DNA of 64,000 bases from a bacterium (GCA_034440235.1 JAWXBR010000017.1:12566-76565); one strand, 5' to 3'. Numbered from the stretch's first letter, positions 50,397 to 60,189 are shown. Made by a program: numbers and translations. The notes: generated from the sequence alone by a model not told the origin.

Positions 50397-50693
50397 TTAT
50401 GCTGTTCCAAGAATAATATTCCGTGCCGTCTCAAGATTAGCCTCTTTTGCCCTAGCGTTAGCACGGACAATTTCGATAACCCACCAGATCATTAATCCGC
50501 CGCCAGTCACGATATAGAGTAACCACATACCGATCTTACCGAAATAGAGGAATGGGAGACCAAAGATTGCCAAAACAAGCGCAACGGTTCCGCTCTTTTT
50601 CTTGCTAGACCATTGCTGGTATACCATACCTTGTTTTTCAGGCGTCAACTTGTTGAAGTGTGGCATTACTTCCATTGGTAAATCTGTATACAT
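50397..50693 (-). CDS. TM2/NINE-domain membrane protein
   Basis: KKKSGTVALVLAIFG..FLYFGK.G..LLYIVTGGGLMIWWVIE. Confidence 0.82.
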   Translation of the reverse strand: MYTDLPMEVMPHFNKLTPEKQGMVYQQWSSKKKSGTVALVLAIFGLPFLYFGKIGMWLLYIVTGGGLMIWWVIEIVRANARAKEANLETARNIILGTA

Positions 50694-50836
50694 ATACTCA
50701 CCCTCGTTGTGGTTGGAAGACTGCATTCTGCAAGTCTCGAAAATCCTAACGAGAGCAAACTAGCAATTTGAAGCGCGTTTTGAAATAGCCAGTAGTTGGT
50801 ATTTCCTCCGCTGTCAGAGTGCAACCATCTGAGTAG

Positions 50837-50862
50837 TTGCCCTTACTTTGTTGCCCTTACTT
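50837..50862 (+). repeat. integrase arm-type sites, right end
   Basis: ttgcccttactttgttgcccttactt, identical to 45361-45386. Confidence 0.75.
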
Positions 50863-50898
50863 CCGACGCAACGTGTAAACAGGCGCTTTCGAGCGGTC

Positions 50899-50931
50899 GT
50901 TCAAGTCCCCTTCTCCGCACACAGTAGTTTT
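50899..50931 (+). repeat. att core, right copy (duplicated tRNA 3' end)
   Basis: Identical to 45217-45249. Confidence 0.95.
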
Positions 50932-50970
50932 TACGGGTTTCTAGGTAATGGGTTAAAGTCTTACGAATCA

Positions 50971-51005
50971 AGGCCTTGCGTCAAATAGGATGCAGGGCCT
51001 TTTTT
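50971..51005 (+). terminator. intrinsic terminator after the right att site
   Basis: AGGCCTTGCGTC-aaatag-GATGCAGGGCCT-TTTTT. Confidence 0.65.
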
Positions 51006-51071
51006 CATACATTTTACCCCTATTAGTCTATCTGGCCTATCTTCCCATGATTTGCGCAAACAGGAGCTTCG

Positions 51072-51569
51072 ATGAAAACACTATTGGTGCTGCTAATGTG
51101 CTGTCTGACGATGCAAGCACAGAATGAAGTCGAATTTTTGACTACGAGGCTACCGTTCTACACCAACACCCCGTGTGAGATGATGCTGGCCCCTTGGGGA
51201 GCAACGACACAAGAAGTGATGAAACGGGCGAAGAAGGCTAGGTTGACCTTTGTGAGCAAGGAGCACCACGATAGTACCACCTCACTGACCTATCGCAAAG
51301 GAAGGCTTGTTGTGGGTTTTGAGATTGATGACAAAAAAGGCTACTGGATTGTGGGGGCTTCGTTGAAGGCTCTGGATGCAGAAGACGCACAAATACTGGT
51401 AGACCTAGCGTCACAGTACCTACAGGTTGCGTATGCTGGCCCGGAGCACCAAGGTGAATGGACGCAGGAATGCAAGGATGGTACGGTGTACGCTACGTGT
51501 ACGTTAGGTGAAAGCTGGCCTGAAGTCTACGCGATCTATACCGCAAAATGGAGTAAACGGAGAAGTTGA
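51072..51569 (+). CDS. hypothetical exported protein
   Basis: AGGAG RBS, signal peptide MKTLLVLLMCCLTMQA, PWGAT..EV motif. Confidence 0.7.
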   Translation: MKTLLVLLMCCLTMQAQNEVEFLTTRLPFYTNTPCEMMLAPWGATTQEVMKRAKKARLTFVSKEHHDSTTSLTYRKGRLVVGFEIDDKKGYWIVGASLKALDAEDAQILVDLASQYLQVAYAGPEHQGEWTQECKDGTVYATCTLGESWPEVYAIYTAKWSKRRS

Positions 51570-51762
51570 AACTGTTGCGTTTGAGGGTGACCTTTTTTCG
51601 TTTGCGTTGAGTTGATCGGTATACGTCAAGGGTAGAAGCGCAGTCCGACTGCGGCTTCTACGTCAACACAGACCACAGGACTAAAGCCGATGACGGGTGC
51701 AAGTTCGACGAAGATTTCAAGTGGACTTCTCAACGTCTTCACGTAGTATATTTGTTTAGTAT

Positions 51763-51809
51763 AAAAAAACCGACCGGCCAACATCCCAAAGGCAGACGTC
51801 GACCGATCG
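51763..51809 (-). terminator. intrinsic terminator of the minus-strand envelope operon
   Basis: Minus strand CGATCGGTCGACGTC...GATGTTGGCCGGTCG stem (with G-U pairs), then T7. Confidence 0.7.
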
Positions 51810-51851
51810 TGGCAGGGAGACGGATGCCGTCTTTCCTTAGGCTAGAAAGAT

Positions 51852-52568
51852 CTACTTGCGACGCAGCTTTAGGGCACCCCAAAAGCGATCGCGCAGTTGA
51901 CCTTTTAGATTAACATCTTTTGGATCGAGTAGTTTACCGCCAAAGCGAAACGCAAAAACGGGATCGAAGTTCAGCACGACGTTGGTGGTGCTTGATGCCG
52001 TGACTTCAATGTATGGTTCGAATTTTATCCAGAGGTTTGAAGTCTGATCGTCGGTCCAAGTAAAGTCTTCAGGTACACCGTTTACATACAGGGTACCGTC
52101 GACGATAAGAGTGATGCGCTCAGGTTCGGCAAACGGACCAAATGTTGCGTCGCTTCTGTAAGTCAAAGCTTCGTTGCTATTGAATTTGTGCATCTCAAGC
52201 TTAATCTTTTCATAACGCCCCACTGGGATTGGTGTTGAAAAGATGGTTGAGACCTTGTTACGTGTGAAATCGATAACTGCAGGACCTACCTTTACGTCCT
52301 TACCCTTGTTGTCATCTTCCCCATCTTCTGCTGTGTGCAGTTTGATACGGGAAATAAGGATGCGGGTACGATTAACACGCAAGCTGTCTATGACGCGAAA
52401 GCCATCAACACTAGGATCTGACTGCTCACCTGCTACAGTAACCGTGTTCGATGATACTTCTGTCTCCATTACTAAACGAGGTTCGTCGTTAGGGTCTGTA
52501 CCGTTACAAGATGACAGAAATACAAGTGCGGTGAGTGTTACAACCAATGCTAATAATTTGCTGGACAT
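51852..52568 (-). CDS. lipoprotein (DUF4382-like)
   Basis: FLSSC lipobox; IPVGRYEKIKLE and VVLNFD motifs. Confidence 0.72.
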   Translation of the reverse strand: MSSKLLALVVTLTALVFLSSCNGTDPNDEPRLVMETEVSSNTVTVAGEQSDPSVDGFRVIDSLRVNRTRILISRIKLHTAEDGEDDNKGKDVKVGPAVIDFTRNKVSTIFSTPIPVGRYEKIKLEMHKFNSNEALTYRSDATFGPFAEPERITLIVDGTLYVNGVPEDFTWTDDQTSNLWIKFEPYIEVTASSTTNVVLNFDPVFAFRFGGKLLDPKDVNLKGQLRDRFWGALKLRRK

Positions 52569-52663
52569 AGTTCTTGCTCTTCAATGTGGTTGTAATTGGA
52601 GGGTTCGACACGCATGTATGCGGACGGGTTCCATTGCTGTTGAAGGACGCAGTCTACCCAGCT

Positions 52664-54193
52664 TTAGCCTAATTGCAAGACTTTACGAGCGGCAATTGCG
52701 CCGTTTTCTATTGCATTTTCGATTGCTGGTGACGCGTCACAATCGGTGTTTGCAAATACAATTCTGCCGTCAGCAGCAGCAGCAGTCTGTGCGACTCCGC
52801 TGTGCGAACCTGGTGACGGAATAATAAGTCCGTGACCCCAACCCCAACAGTATACGTCGGTAATCGATGCTTGCTGTTCAACTGTCAGCTGCTGTGAGAA
52901 TTCTGCAACAACTTCATTTGCTCTCGCAGCAAATTTTTCGTCGTCTTGTAACAACGACCTATCGCCCCGTGTAATCGGTACGAACAACGAAGAAACATTT
53001 TTGTCGAGTGTGCTGCCAACTACACTATTTGGGTTGATGACATCGGTGTAACCCTTGGCATTCAAATGCCACGTGTCATACATGTCGGGCTTAACTAACG
53101 GCTTATCAGACACCACGTGTAGCGTTGCAAACGGAGAGTACGAAAGCGAGCGGCATGCTGCTGACCGCTCGGAAGAAGAATCGGACAGCAAATACGGTAC
53201 CTGAAACTTCGGCGCTGCAATTACGACGGCCCCTGCCTGACATCGCACGACGTCGCCATGAACGTCTACACAGTCTACGACTACCCCCGCAGCCAACTGT
53301 GATATGCGTACAGCAAGCATGTCTACATGTACGTCATGTAATACCGATGCAAGCCCCGTGCTTAATGCAGATGTACCGCCTGAGAATGTATAACGCGGCG
53401 TGTCGAACGACGGTCCAAACTCTGATATATAAAAATTTAACAAACAGAATGTATTGACGTCGCCTAGCGAACCTCCCATGGCCGACCTTGCGTATGCGTC
53501 GAGAATACGTACGAGCGTTGGTGAGTTGAAGCCACGCACATATTGTTCTGCGGACACATCGTACTGCTGCAAATCTTTTGGAAGTACAGAAGGCAACGGA
53601 TACGAAGGCACGTTATCACCCATGGCAATAAGGCTGTCACGAAAGCGCATCATGCCTTCGCCGTCTTCTTTCGATTTCGCGACCGATCGAATGCCACTGT
53701 CGGACCATAGGTCGGTAACTACATCGGTGCCGGCGAAGACGTAGCCATCTTCTGGACAAAGTTGCGCCTTGACCCCTGCCATCTCAAGCGCCGATTGCAC
53801 AGCTTCGGTTTTCTCCACGAAGTACACAGAGCCGACGGGTACTTGTCCGTGCGCAAGCTTCGCACTCACCGCTGCTCCGCCAGTTCTGTACTCCGCTTCA
53901 ACGAGCATGACATGTTTGCCCTGCTTCTCGAGCAACGCTGCTGCCGTAAGCCCAGACAATCCTGCGCCAACTACAATAACATCTGCGGTAAGGGTCCGAG
54001 AAGGGGCTCCGAGCGCCTTGCGCTCGCGTACATATGCATGTGCACGCAAGAACTGTGGTGTTGCAGTTCGAATGCGAGTGCCTGGTTCGATGAGCTTAAT
54101 CGATGATGGTCGTTCACAGCCTCCGAACGATGTTAAGTACACCGCTCCAGAGCCCATCATGATGGTTCGGATGAAATCCCGACGTGACGCCAC
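52664..54193 (-). CDS. Tat-exported FAD-dependent oxidoreductase (amine oxidase family)
   Basis: SRRDFI Tat motif, VVGAGLSGL, E...RTGG, WGHG. Confidence 0.85.
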   Translation of the reverse strand: MASRRDFIRTIMMGSGAVYLTSFGGCERPSSIKLIEPGTRIRTATPQFLRAHAYVRERKALGAPSRTLTADVIVVGAGLSGLTAAALLEKQGKHVMLVEAEYRTGGAAVSAKLAHGQVPVGSVYFVEKTEAVQSALEMAGVKAQLCPEDGYVFAGTDVVTDLWSDSGIRSVAKSKEDGEGMMRFRDSLIAMGDNVPSYPLPSVLPKDLQQYDVSAEQYVRGFNSPTLVRILDAYARSAMGGSLGDVNTFCLLNFYISEFGPSFDTPRYTFSGGTSALSTGLASVLHDVHVDMLAVRISQLAAGVVVDCVDVHGDVVRCQAGAVVIAAPKFQVPYLLSDSSSERSAACRSLSYSPFATLHVVSDKPLVKPDMYDTWHLNAKGYTDVINPNSVVGSTLDKNVSSLFVPITRGDRSLLQDDEKFAARANEVVAEFSQQLTVEQQASITDVYCWGWGHGLIIPSPGSHSGVAQTAAAADGRIVFANTDCDASPAIENAIENGAIAARKVLQLG

Positions 54194-54196
54194 TAT

Positions 54197-54254
54197 GCCT
54201 ACCTGTCGTTAACGAAGCCAACCTGACGTTAGCGAAGCCTACCTGTTATTAGCG
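54197..54254. repeat. three imperfect 20-bp tandem repeats in an operon gap
   Basis: gcctacctgtcgttaacgaa / gccaacctgacgttagcgaa / gcctacctgttattagcg. Confidence 0.75.
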
Positions 54255-55811
54255 GACGACGGAAACGGGAACGACTGATCGGACACCATTTACCGTTACT
54301 GCGCAAAGGTACGTCCCCGAGGACGAAGGCGACACGCCAATACTTTGTTTACCAGAAAGGACACGTCCGTTCCACAACGTTTCTACGCGACGGCCATCGG
54401 TACTAAACAATTCTATCATCACACGTGCAGCGGTTGGCTGATACCATTCGACGTTTAAGGTCGACGACGTTGGATTCGGGAATGCTTTGATGCTCAGCGA
54501 CTGCGACATCCTGTAATCATCTACACCCGTGGCTTGTGCTTTGATGACACCAAGGGGAAGAATTTTTTCTTCAAAAACTTTTGTTGTATCAGCTTCCGTA
54601 CCACCGAACCAGGTTTCAAGGATGTCGGTGTATACTCGGCGGTAGTCCCATTGATAGATTACATCCTTGTTGGTATTGAGATTGACGAGATTGGGATTGT
54701 TGCCGTAAACACCTGAACGCACCTGGTTGCCCCAGACAAACTGAACGCTGGATGCGCCGTGGTCGGTGCCGCGACTACCGTTTTCGGATGGACGTCGTCC
54801 GAACTCAGAAACGGTCATACCAACAACCTTGTCGGCAAAACCCTGCGCCAATGCATCCTGCATAAACAGACCAACGCCTGTACTCAATGTCTCGAGTAAG
54901 TATGGATGCAGTCCCGAAAGGTCTGCGTTTTGTTGCTGAACGTGTGTGTCGAAACCGCCCATGGATACCAAAAACACTTTCGATTTCAAGCCGCCACTAA
55001 TTAGTCTGGCAACCAATTGCATTTGCTGCACAAAACCATTCTTGGGATACGTAACCGTATTGCGTCCAGCATCGTACGCTTGCTTCACAACGGTCGAATA
55101 CCGATCGCTCTGTTCTGCAACAAGCCGAACAAAGTTGAACTCTTTGCCATACGCCGTGTCTTCAGGCATCGGATCGAGATCGGGTGATAAGCCCTGACCG
55201 AGTTCGAAGAACTTCTGAGGATCGGTGAGTGCAATACCGGTGTCACCCTTCGGGCTTTGGAATAACATCGACAGCGCGCCACCAATTTGCACTGCAGTTG
55301 GGTGCGCTGGCAGTGTTTCTGGAAAACCTTGTATGCGATCTGAGAAAAACCGACCAAGCCAACCATCAACCAAGCGCTTATTCGGATCCGAAGAATTGAA
55401 TCCACTAAGGAAAATGTCCGTCGAGCGAAAGTGCGACAGGCTTGGATTATCGTATCCAATTCCTTGGACAATGGCAAGACGGCCATCCTCGAACATGCGA
55501 CGCATGTTGTACACGCCTGCCGGATCGAATGCAGGGTGCATGTACACACGTGACAGCACTTGTACAGCATTCGCCTTTGGCACTGCAATGCTTGGACGCA
55601 ATCTGTAATACTCATCATCATCCGCAGGGATGATCGTGTTAAGTCCGTCGTTGCCACCAAACAATTGAATAACGATAAGCGTTCGATCGTTATCCTCTTG
55701 CAGCATTGGCTCAAGGTCGACCGGAGAAAATGCCCGTAACGGCACTCCGCCGAGAACTTGTGATCCTACCGCGGCTGCGGCAGTTGTCGAGAGGAAGGTT
55801 CTGCGTTTCAT
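54249..55811 (-). CDS. DUF1501 family protein with Tat signal and T9SS C-terminal domain
   Basis: KRRTFL, GGNDGLNT, SHFRSTD, GGFDTH, SEFGRR, GTDHG; FPNP...GTYL tail. Confidence 0.88.
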   Translation of the reverse strand: MKRRTFLSTTAAAAVGSQVLGGVPLRAFSPVDLEPMLQEDNDRTLIVIQLFGGNDGLNTIIPADDDEYYRLRPSIAVPKANAVQVLSRVYMHPAFDPAGVYNMRRMFEDGRLAIVQGIGYDNPSLSHFRSTDIFLSGFNSSDPNKRLVDGWLGRFFSDRIQGFPETLPAHPTAVQIGGALSMLFQSPKGDTGIALTDPQKFFELGQGLSPDLDPMPEDTAYGKEFNFVRLVAEQSDRYSTVVKQAYDAGRNTVTYPKNGFVQQMQLVARLISGGLKSKVFLVSMGGFDTHVQQQNADLSGLHPYLLETLSTGVGLFMQDALAQGFADKVVGMTVSEFGRRPSENGSRGTDHGASSVQFVWGNQVRSGVYGNNPNLVNLNTNKDVIYQWDYRRVYTDILETWFGGTEADTTKVFEEKILPLGVIKAQATGVDDYRMSQSLSIKAFPNPTSSTLNVEWYQPTAARVMIELFSTDGRRVETLWNGRVLSGKQSIGVSPSSSGTYLCAVTVNGVRSVVPVSVVR

Positions 55812-55827
55812 CTGTGTTCCTATCGAT

Positions 55828-57393
55828 TCAGCACAATTGGAAGTCGGGCGCTTTAGAAATAGTCGTGATCAGCGTCCGTAAGCGCTGACCTGCAGCACTT
55901 GCACTTTCGATGATATTTACCCATTCATATTCTGGCGCACTCTGCATAAGAGCACTAACATAGAAGTCTTCACGCGCTTGTGAAACGCTCACTGGAAGCA
56001 AGTATGCTATAACGCCACGGACAAATTTTCTTACGTCGGTGTGGTCGTCGAACTGCTTAATAAAGGTCACCGCTTGGGCATCGGTCATTTGCCGAATCAT
56101 TAGATCTGTGAGTTGTCTGCGCACTGGATAGGTATTTGTGCTAATCCACGAGCGATAGCCGGGCCACCCCGCAACGTTTGGCGGATCCATCACGTTCTGG
56201 TCCATCTTCGCCATCCAGCTCATCGGATCTGCGGCATCGAGTCCGAGCTGCCGTTGCACACCAACCACAAACTCAAACGGCGTTTTGATTTGAACGCCAC
56301 GCATGGCCTGATCGAAAAAGCGTTCACTTGTAAACAAGGCGCGAGCTAATGCTCGGAGCTGGAAACCAGAGGCCGCAAATACTGTTGCGAGCTCTGCTAC
56401 AAAGGCAACATCGACATCGCCTTTAGAGCTATAAACAAAATACCGGTAGAACTTTTCGGCAATAAATCTTGAAAGCTCGATAGGACGTTCTTCAAAGATG
56501 ATCTTGATTAGCTCAAAGACCTCTTCATTCTTGACCTGGTATTCTGTGTTGTTGTCGGCTGTACGTGCAGGAATTGGCTGACCCATAAACTGTTTGGCGC
56601 CCGTGTCGTGTTTTGCGGCAGCAAACCATGTGTTGTAGATGCCATTCGGACTTGGCTCATCGCTATATCGCGACGCTTTCCAGCCTGTTAACACTCGCGA
56701 CGCTTCTTTAACATCACCTTCTGTATACCAACCGATTCCAGTAGTAAACAATTCCAATAATTCGCGTCCGTAATTCTCGTTCGGCTTCCCAGACTCGTTG
56801 AAGTGTCCGCCGAGGTACCATACCATGGCATTATCAACTGTTACATCAAGTGCCATTTGCTTCATGTCGCCGAGGCGCCCCTTACGGAGCACCTTATACT
56901 GACGGTATAAAGCTTGTGGAAGCGTAACGGTTTCGGCATCGAATGAAAATTCGGACACCCAATGGCTCATCCAGAACAATGAAAGTTTTTCGACTGCCTT
57001 GGTATCGGCCTTCATGTGACCAAGCCACCAGTTGGAGAGCAAGGCATGATAGGTGTACCAGCTTGCTTCGATAGCATTGCGTGTCTGAAGATCGGCACCC
57101 GCTGGGTTTTCGGTAGCAACATCGACCCATGCACCCGGTGAGGGATGATCGGGTTCTGTATCGCTTCCAAGCAGAGCATCGACAACTTCAACGGCCGTTT
57201 TGCCAACCAACGATTTGGCTTGCGCCATCGTTGCGCTGAAGCCCACGCGTCGGTACAAATGGAGTACATCCTCCAGCGTAAGCGGAAGTGTACGTTCCGT
57301 TAGCCCCGCTAGAACCACAGGCATGGTCTCTACGGGTGAAAGGTCGCGCGATGACATGCGGACCAGGTTCGAAAAGAGGTCGCGGCGGTTCAT
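55828..57393 (-). CDS. DUF1800 family protein
   Basis: HLYRRVGF, EKLSLFW..H, PNENYGRELLELFT, PPNVAGWP. Confidence 0.88.
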   Translation of the reverse strand: MNRRDLFSNLVRMSSRDLSPVETMPVVLAGLTERTLPLTLEDVLHLYRRVGFSATMAQAKSLVGKTAVEVVDALLGSDTEPDHPSPGAWVDVATENPAGADLQTRNAIEASWYTYHALLSNWWLGHMKADTKAVEKLSLFWMSHWVSEFSFDAETVTLPQALYRQYKVLRKGRLGDMKQMALDVTVDNAMVWYLGGHFNESGKPNENYGRELLELFTTGIGWYTEGDVKEASRVLTGWKASRYSDEPSPNGIYNTWFAAAKHDTGAKQFMGQPIPARTADNNTEYQVKNEEVFELIKIIFEERPIELSRFIAEKFYRYFVYSSKGDVDVAFVAELATVFAASGFQLRALARALFTSERFFDQAMRGVQIKTPFEFVVGVQRQLGLDAADPMSWMAKMDQNVMDPPNVAGWPGYRSWISTNTYPVRRQLTDLMIRQMTDAQAVTFIKQFDDHTDVRKFVRGVIAYLLPVSVSQAREDFYVSALMQSAPEYEWVNIIESASAAGQRLRTLITTISKAPDFQLC

Positions 57394-59378
57394 TGCTCCC
57401 TCAGCGGTGTTGTGATCGTCAGTGATACTGTTCGACAGTAAAATCGACCTTCTGGCAACGAGTTGTCGTATGGCAGTTCCGATGGGCCGAGGCCCTCTAC
57501 AGACTCAATGCGCACCCCAGGTGCTACAGTCCGAATATACTGCTCAACTGAATGCGCCCGTGCGGTCGATAACTCCATGTTATGCGCCAGTTCTCCCAGT
57601 CTATCCGTCGACCCCTTAATCGTGGCCGTACTACCATTATTTGCGGATGCCGCTATCACACGTTTCATCATTGCCTTGTTAGCGTCGGTTATTCCAGATT
57701 GATCGAAATCGAAAACGATGAGGCTAAGTCTGCTTACTTCGAAGTTGCTTACGGTTTTGCGCAGCGGGAATCGAGTACCACCCGTTACATCGTCACCCGA
57801 GGTCTGGCTAATGCGTACACTGGCATCGAGCGAATCGACGTTGCCGACAACCGGACCCAGCCGGTTTGTCATGTCCTGCGTTAAATCGAACTCGACCTGT
57901 GCAGGAGGAATACCCGGGGCCGTCTTCTGACCAATGTTCTGTCCGTTACGCGTGACGTTCATATTCCATGTCGCACTGCGTTCAGGATTTCGCGTTTGGA
58001 CGCTAAAAACATGCTTCGACTGCACTGGCACAAATTCTTTGAAGCGTGTATGAATGATTGGTCCGAGTATCGAAGCATCACTCGATGAAATCTCGACGCG
58101 CCGGTTTTCTTCAAGCCCTTCGATATACCTATCGTTCGTAGGATACGATGGCGTCTCGACAACACGCTTGGCAAATCGCGACGCAGGCAGAGACCAGCGG
58201 TTACTCAGGTACTCGATAATGACATCTGCTCGTCGACCCGCAAGCTCACGCCTCTCGGAAGCCGACGTTAGTTCACGTCCGTCGGTCGTGCCAGTAACAA
58301 CAAGTGTTGCATCTGGCTTGTCTATTAGACGACGTCCAACAACATCAAGAAGGTTATAATAAATCTGTAGAGTTTGTTTGGGCAAACTGTTTTCACTGAA
58401 CATGTTCCGGTCGGACGTCTGCACATAACGCGAACGCATCGTTGCCTGTGTCGAGTCAAAAAAGATATACGGCAGCAGAGGAAACGTCTGCGTAACAACG
58501 GTCTCGCGTATCTCCAGCGGCGTTGTCGTAATAGACGTTATCACCACAGGCGGTGGCACAGGCACAGGAACAACCACAACGGCGGGAGGAGGGGGCTCCA
58601 CCTGCGGTGGAGGAGGGGGCGGAGTAGGAGGAGGAACATCGTCCCGCATACGATACCGTAGCTGCACACCAGCAAGGATATACGACTGTTTCCAGGTAGC
58701 TGCTTTTGAGACGGAGTTAATGCCGTAGCGAAAGCCGACTTCTGGACATAATTCGATGTTCGCTGAGAGCGGCACCACAGCACCCAGAAAGCCCGAAGCA
58801 CCGTACGATGTGGAGAGCTGCGGGAACTCGCCCGCTGCCGTTACGTGACGTCGTGTGTTGTCCGGAAACAACACCGTTCCAGGGCTCGAGATTTCCTCTG
58901 TTTGTTCATAGTTGCCATTGACGAGGGGATTGCCTGCATCAAATGCTGCGCGGATGTACAGTGGAAGAAAATCGATTGGACGTGATCGAAAGCCAACTTC
59001 AATCGAGACATATCCGAGTGAACTCGAGAATCTGTGAAGTCTGTCGAATGGCAGGTATGTGTTTGTAAGTGGATCGAGGACCTCAAAATCATCATCACTC
59101 GTCATTGTGAGGTCAGCCGGCCGTTGCGAATAGACAATAGCAGCCGTGCCTTCGAGTGCATCACCAAACAACGAGTACTCCCCAGTCAGTCCTGCAAACA
59201 AACCATGCGCAACACCATTGCTGAATGTGCCGCAATCGGTGCTACCTGGGATGATGGGGATGGTTGAAGTATTCATTACGTACAGATAACCACCCTTAAT
59301 ACCTATCGAAGGCACCTGGGCAATCACCGATGTCGAGATGTAGAGCAAGGCCGCCAGGCCTATAAGCAGGTACTTCAC
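57390..59378 (-). CDS. OmpA-family outer-membrane protein (beta-barrel plus two OmpA-like domains)
   Basis: Signal peptide, barrel, Pro-rich linker, FPLLPYIFF, ENRRVE, FDFDQS, GSTD..G...N..LS..RA. Confidence 0.85.
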   Translation of the reverse strand: MKYLLIGLAALLYISTSVIAQVPSIGIKGGYLYVMNTSTIPIIPGSTDCGTFSNGVAHGLFAGLTGEYSLFGDALEGTAAIVYSQRPADLTMTSDDDFEVLDPLTNTYLPFDRLHRFSSSLGYVSIEVGFRSRPIDFLPLYIRAAFDAGNPLVNGNYEQTEEISSPGTVLFPDNTRRHVTAAGEFPQLSTSYGASGFLGAVVPLSANIELCPEVGFRYGINSVSKAATWKQSYILAGVQLRYRMRDDVPPPTPPPPPPQVEPPPPAVVVVPVPVPPPVVITSITTTPLEIRETVVTQTFPLLPYIFFDSTQATMRSRYVQTSDRNMFSENSLPKQTLQIYYNLLDVVGRRLIDKPDATLVVTGTTDGRELTSASERRELAGRRADVIIEYLSNRWSLPASRFAKRVVETPSYPTNDRYIEGLEENRRVEISSSDASILGPIIHTRFKEFVPVQSKHVFSVQTRNPERSATWNMNVTRNGQNIGQKTAPGIPPAQVEFDLTQDMTNRLGPVVGNVDSLDASVRISQTSGDDVTGGTRFPLRKTVSNFEVSRLSLIVFDFDQSGITDANKAMMKRVIAASANNGSTATIKGSTDRLGELAHNMELSTARAHSVEQYIRTVAPGVRIESVEGLGPSELPYDNSLPEGRFYCRTVSLTITTPLREQ

Positions 59379-59389
59379 GTTCTTGCTGG

Positions 59390-60103
59390 TCAGGCGGTGA
59401 ACAGAGCGCGGGAAATGTCATCCCATCGTGTCACAATAATGCGAATGCCGTAGAATGCCCCAAATCCAATAAGGGTTACTCCTGAACCCTGCTGAATGCG
59501 TTTTAGCAGTGTTGGCGTCATACGATCTCTAAATTTTAGCACAAGTTTTACCAGTGTCGCCAACCACAACATGTTGCCGGCACCAAAACCAATTGCGAAG
59601 AAAATATCGCTTGCAACGTTCGCGGTATAGATTTCCTGGGCGCGAACAAAGGTTGTGATCGCCGCCAATGTGGGTATAAAAGTTGGATTAGCAAGATTGG
59701 CAACTGCGAAGCCAATGCCGATGAAGAACGGACCATGTCCTTCTGCCAACGAAACAACCTTCTCGCCACGCATGTGTTTAGGCTTGTCTGCTTCTGCTGG
59801 CGGTGGTTCGCGAAACATGATAACGCCAAAAATCACCATCGCTATGGCGATAAGTATTTGGAGTCCGATTGCAATTAACGGGTACGAAGTTTCAATGCCC
59901 TCGAAGTACGTCTTGATTGCCGCCGAGGCTAACATGGCTAACGCGCAATAGATAACGTCGAACAGTCCAGCGCCCAATGCGAGCTTAAGAGTCGCACTCC
60001 ATCCGTCGCGAATTCCCATGCGAATGCTCGCCATGCCGATCGGACCGGGAGGTATAGCGAGAATAAATCCAACAAGACAGCCGAAGAGTATGGCAATGAT
60101 CAT
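59390..60103 (-). CDS. LysE family translocator
   Basis: AIPPGPI, ANP motif, multiple TM segments. Confidence 0.85.
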   Translation of the reverse strand: MIIAILFGCLVGFILAIPPGPIGMASIRMGIRDGWSATLKLALGAGLFDVIYCALAMLASAAIKTYFEGIETSYPLIAIGLQILIAIAMVIFGVIMFREPPPAEADKPKHMRGEKVVSLAEGHGPFFIGIGFAVANLANPTFIPTLAAITTFVRAQEIYTANVASDIFFAIGFGAGNMLWLATLVKLVLKFRDRMTPTLLKRIQQGSGVTLIGFGAFYGIRIIVTRWDDISRALFTA

Positions 60104-60189
60104 TCAGAGACGCACGGTTGGAGCACACAGAGCTGGTTTAGGTCGGCCGAGGAGGTTGGAGATACCAACAAAAATACGAACTTCGTCCC

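Larger units (their letters stand above)
45217..50931. mobile_element. 5.7-kb integrative element / phage-satellite-like island in tRNA-Leu
   Basis: Identical 33-bp direct repeats at both ends; integrase, excisionase and helicase inside. Confidence 0.93.

Noticed and set aside
45217-50931. Complete prophage or conjugative element
   Set aside because: No capsid, portal, tail, terL, relaxase or T4SS genes are visible.
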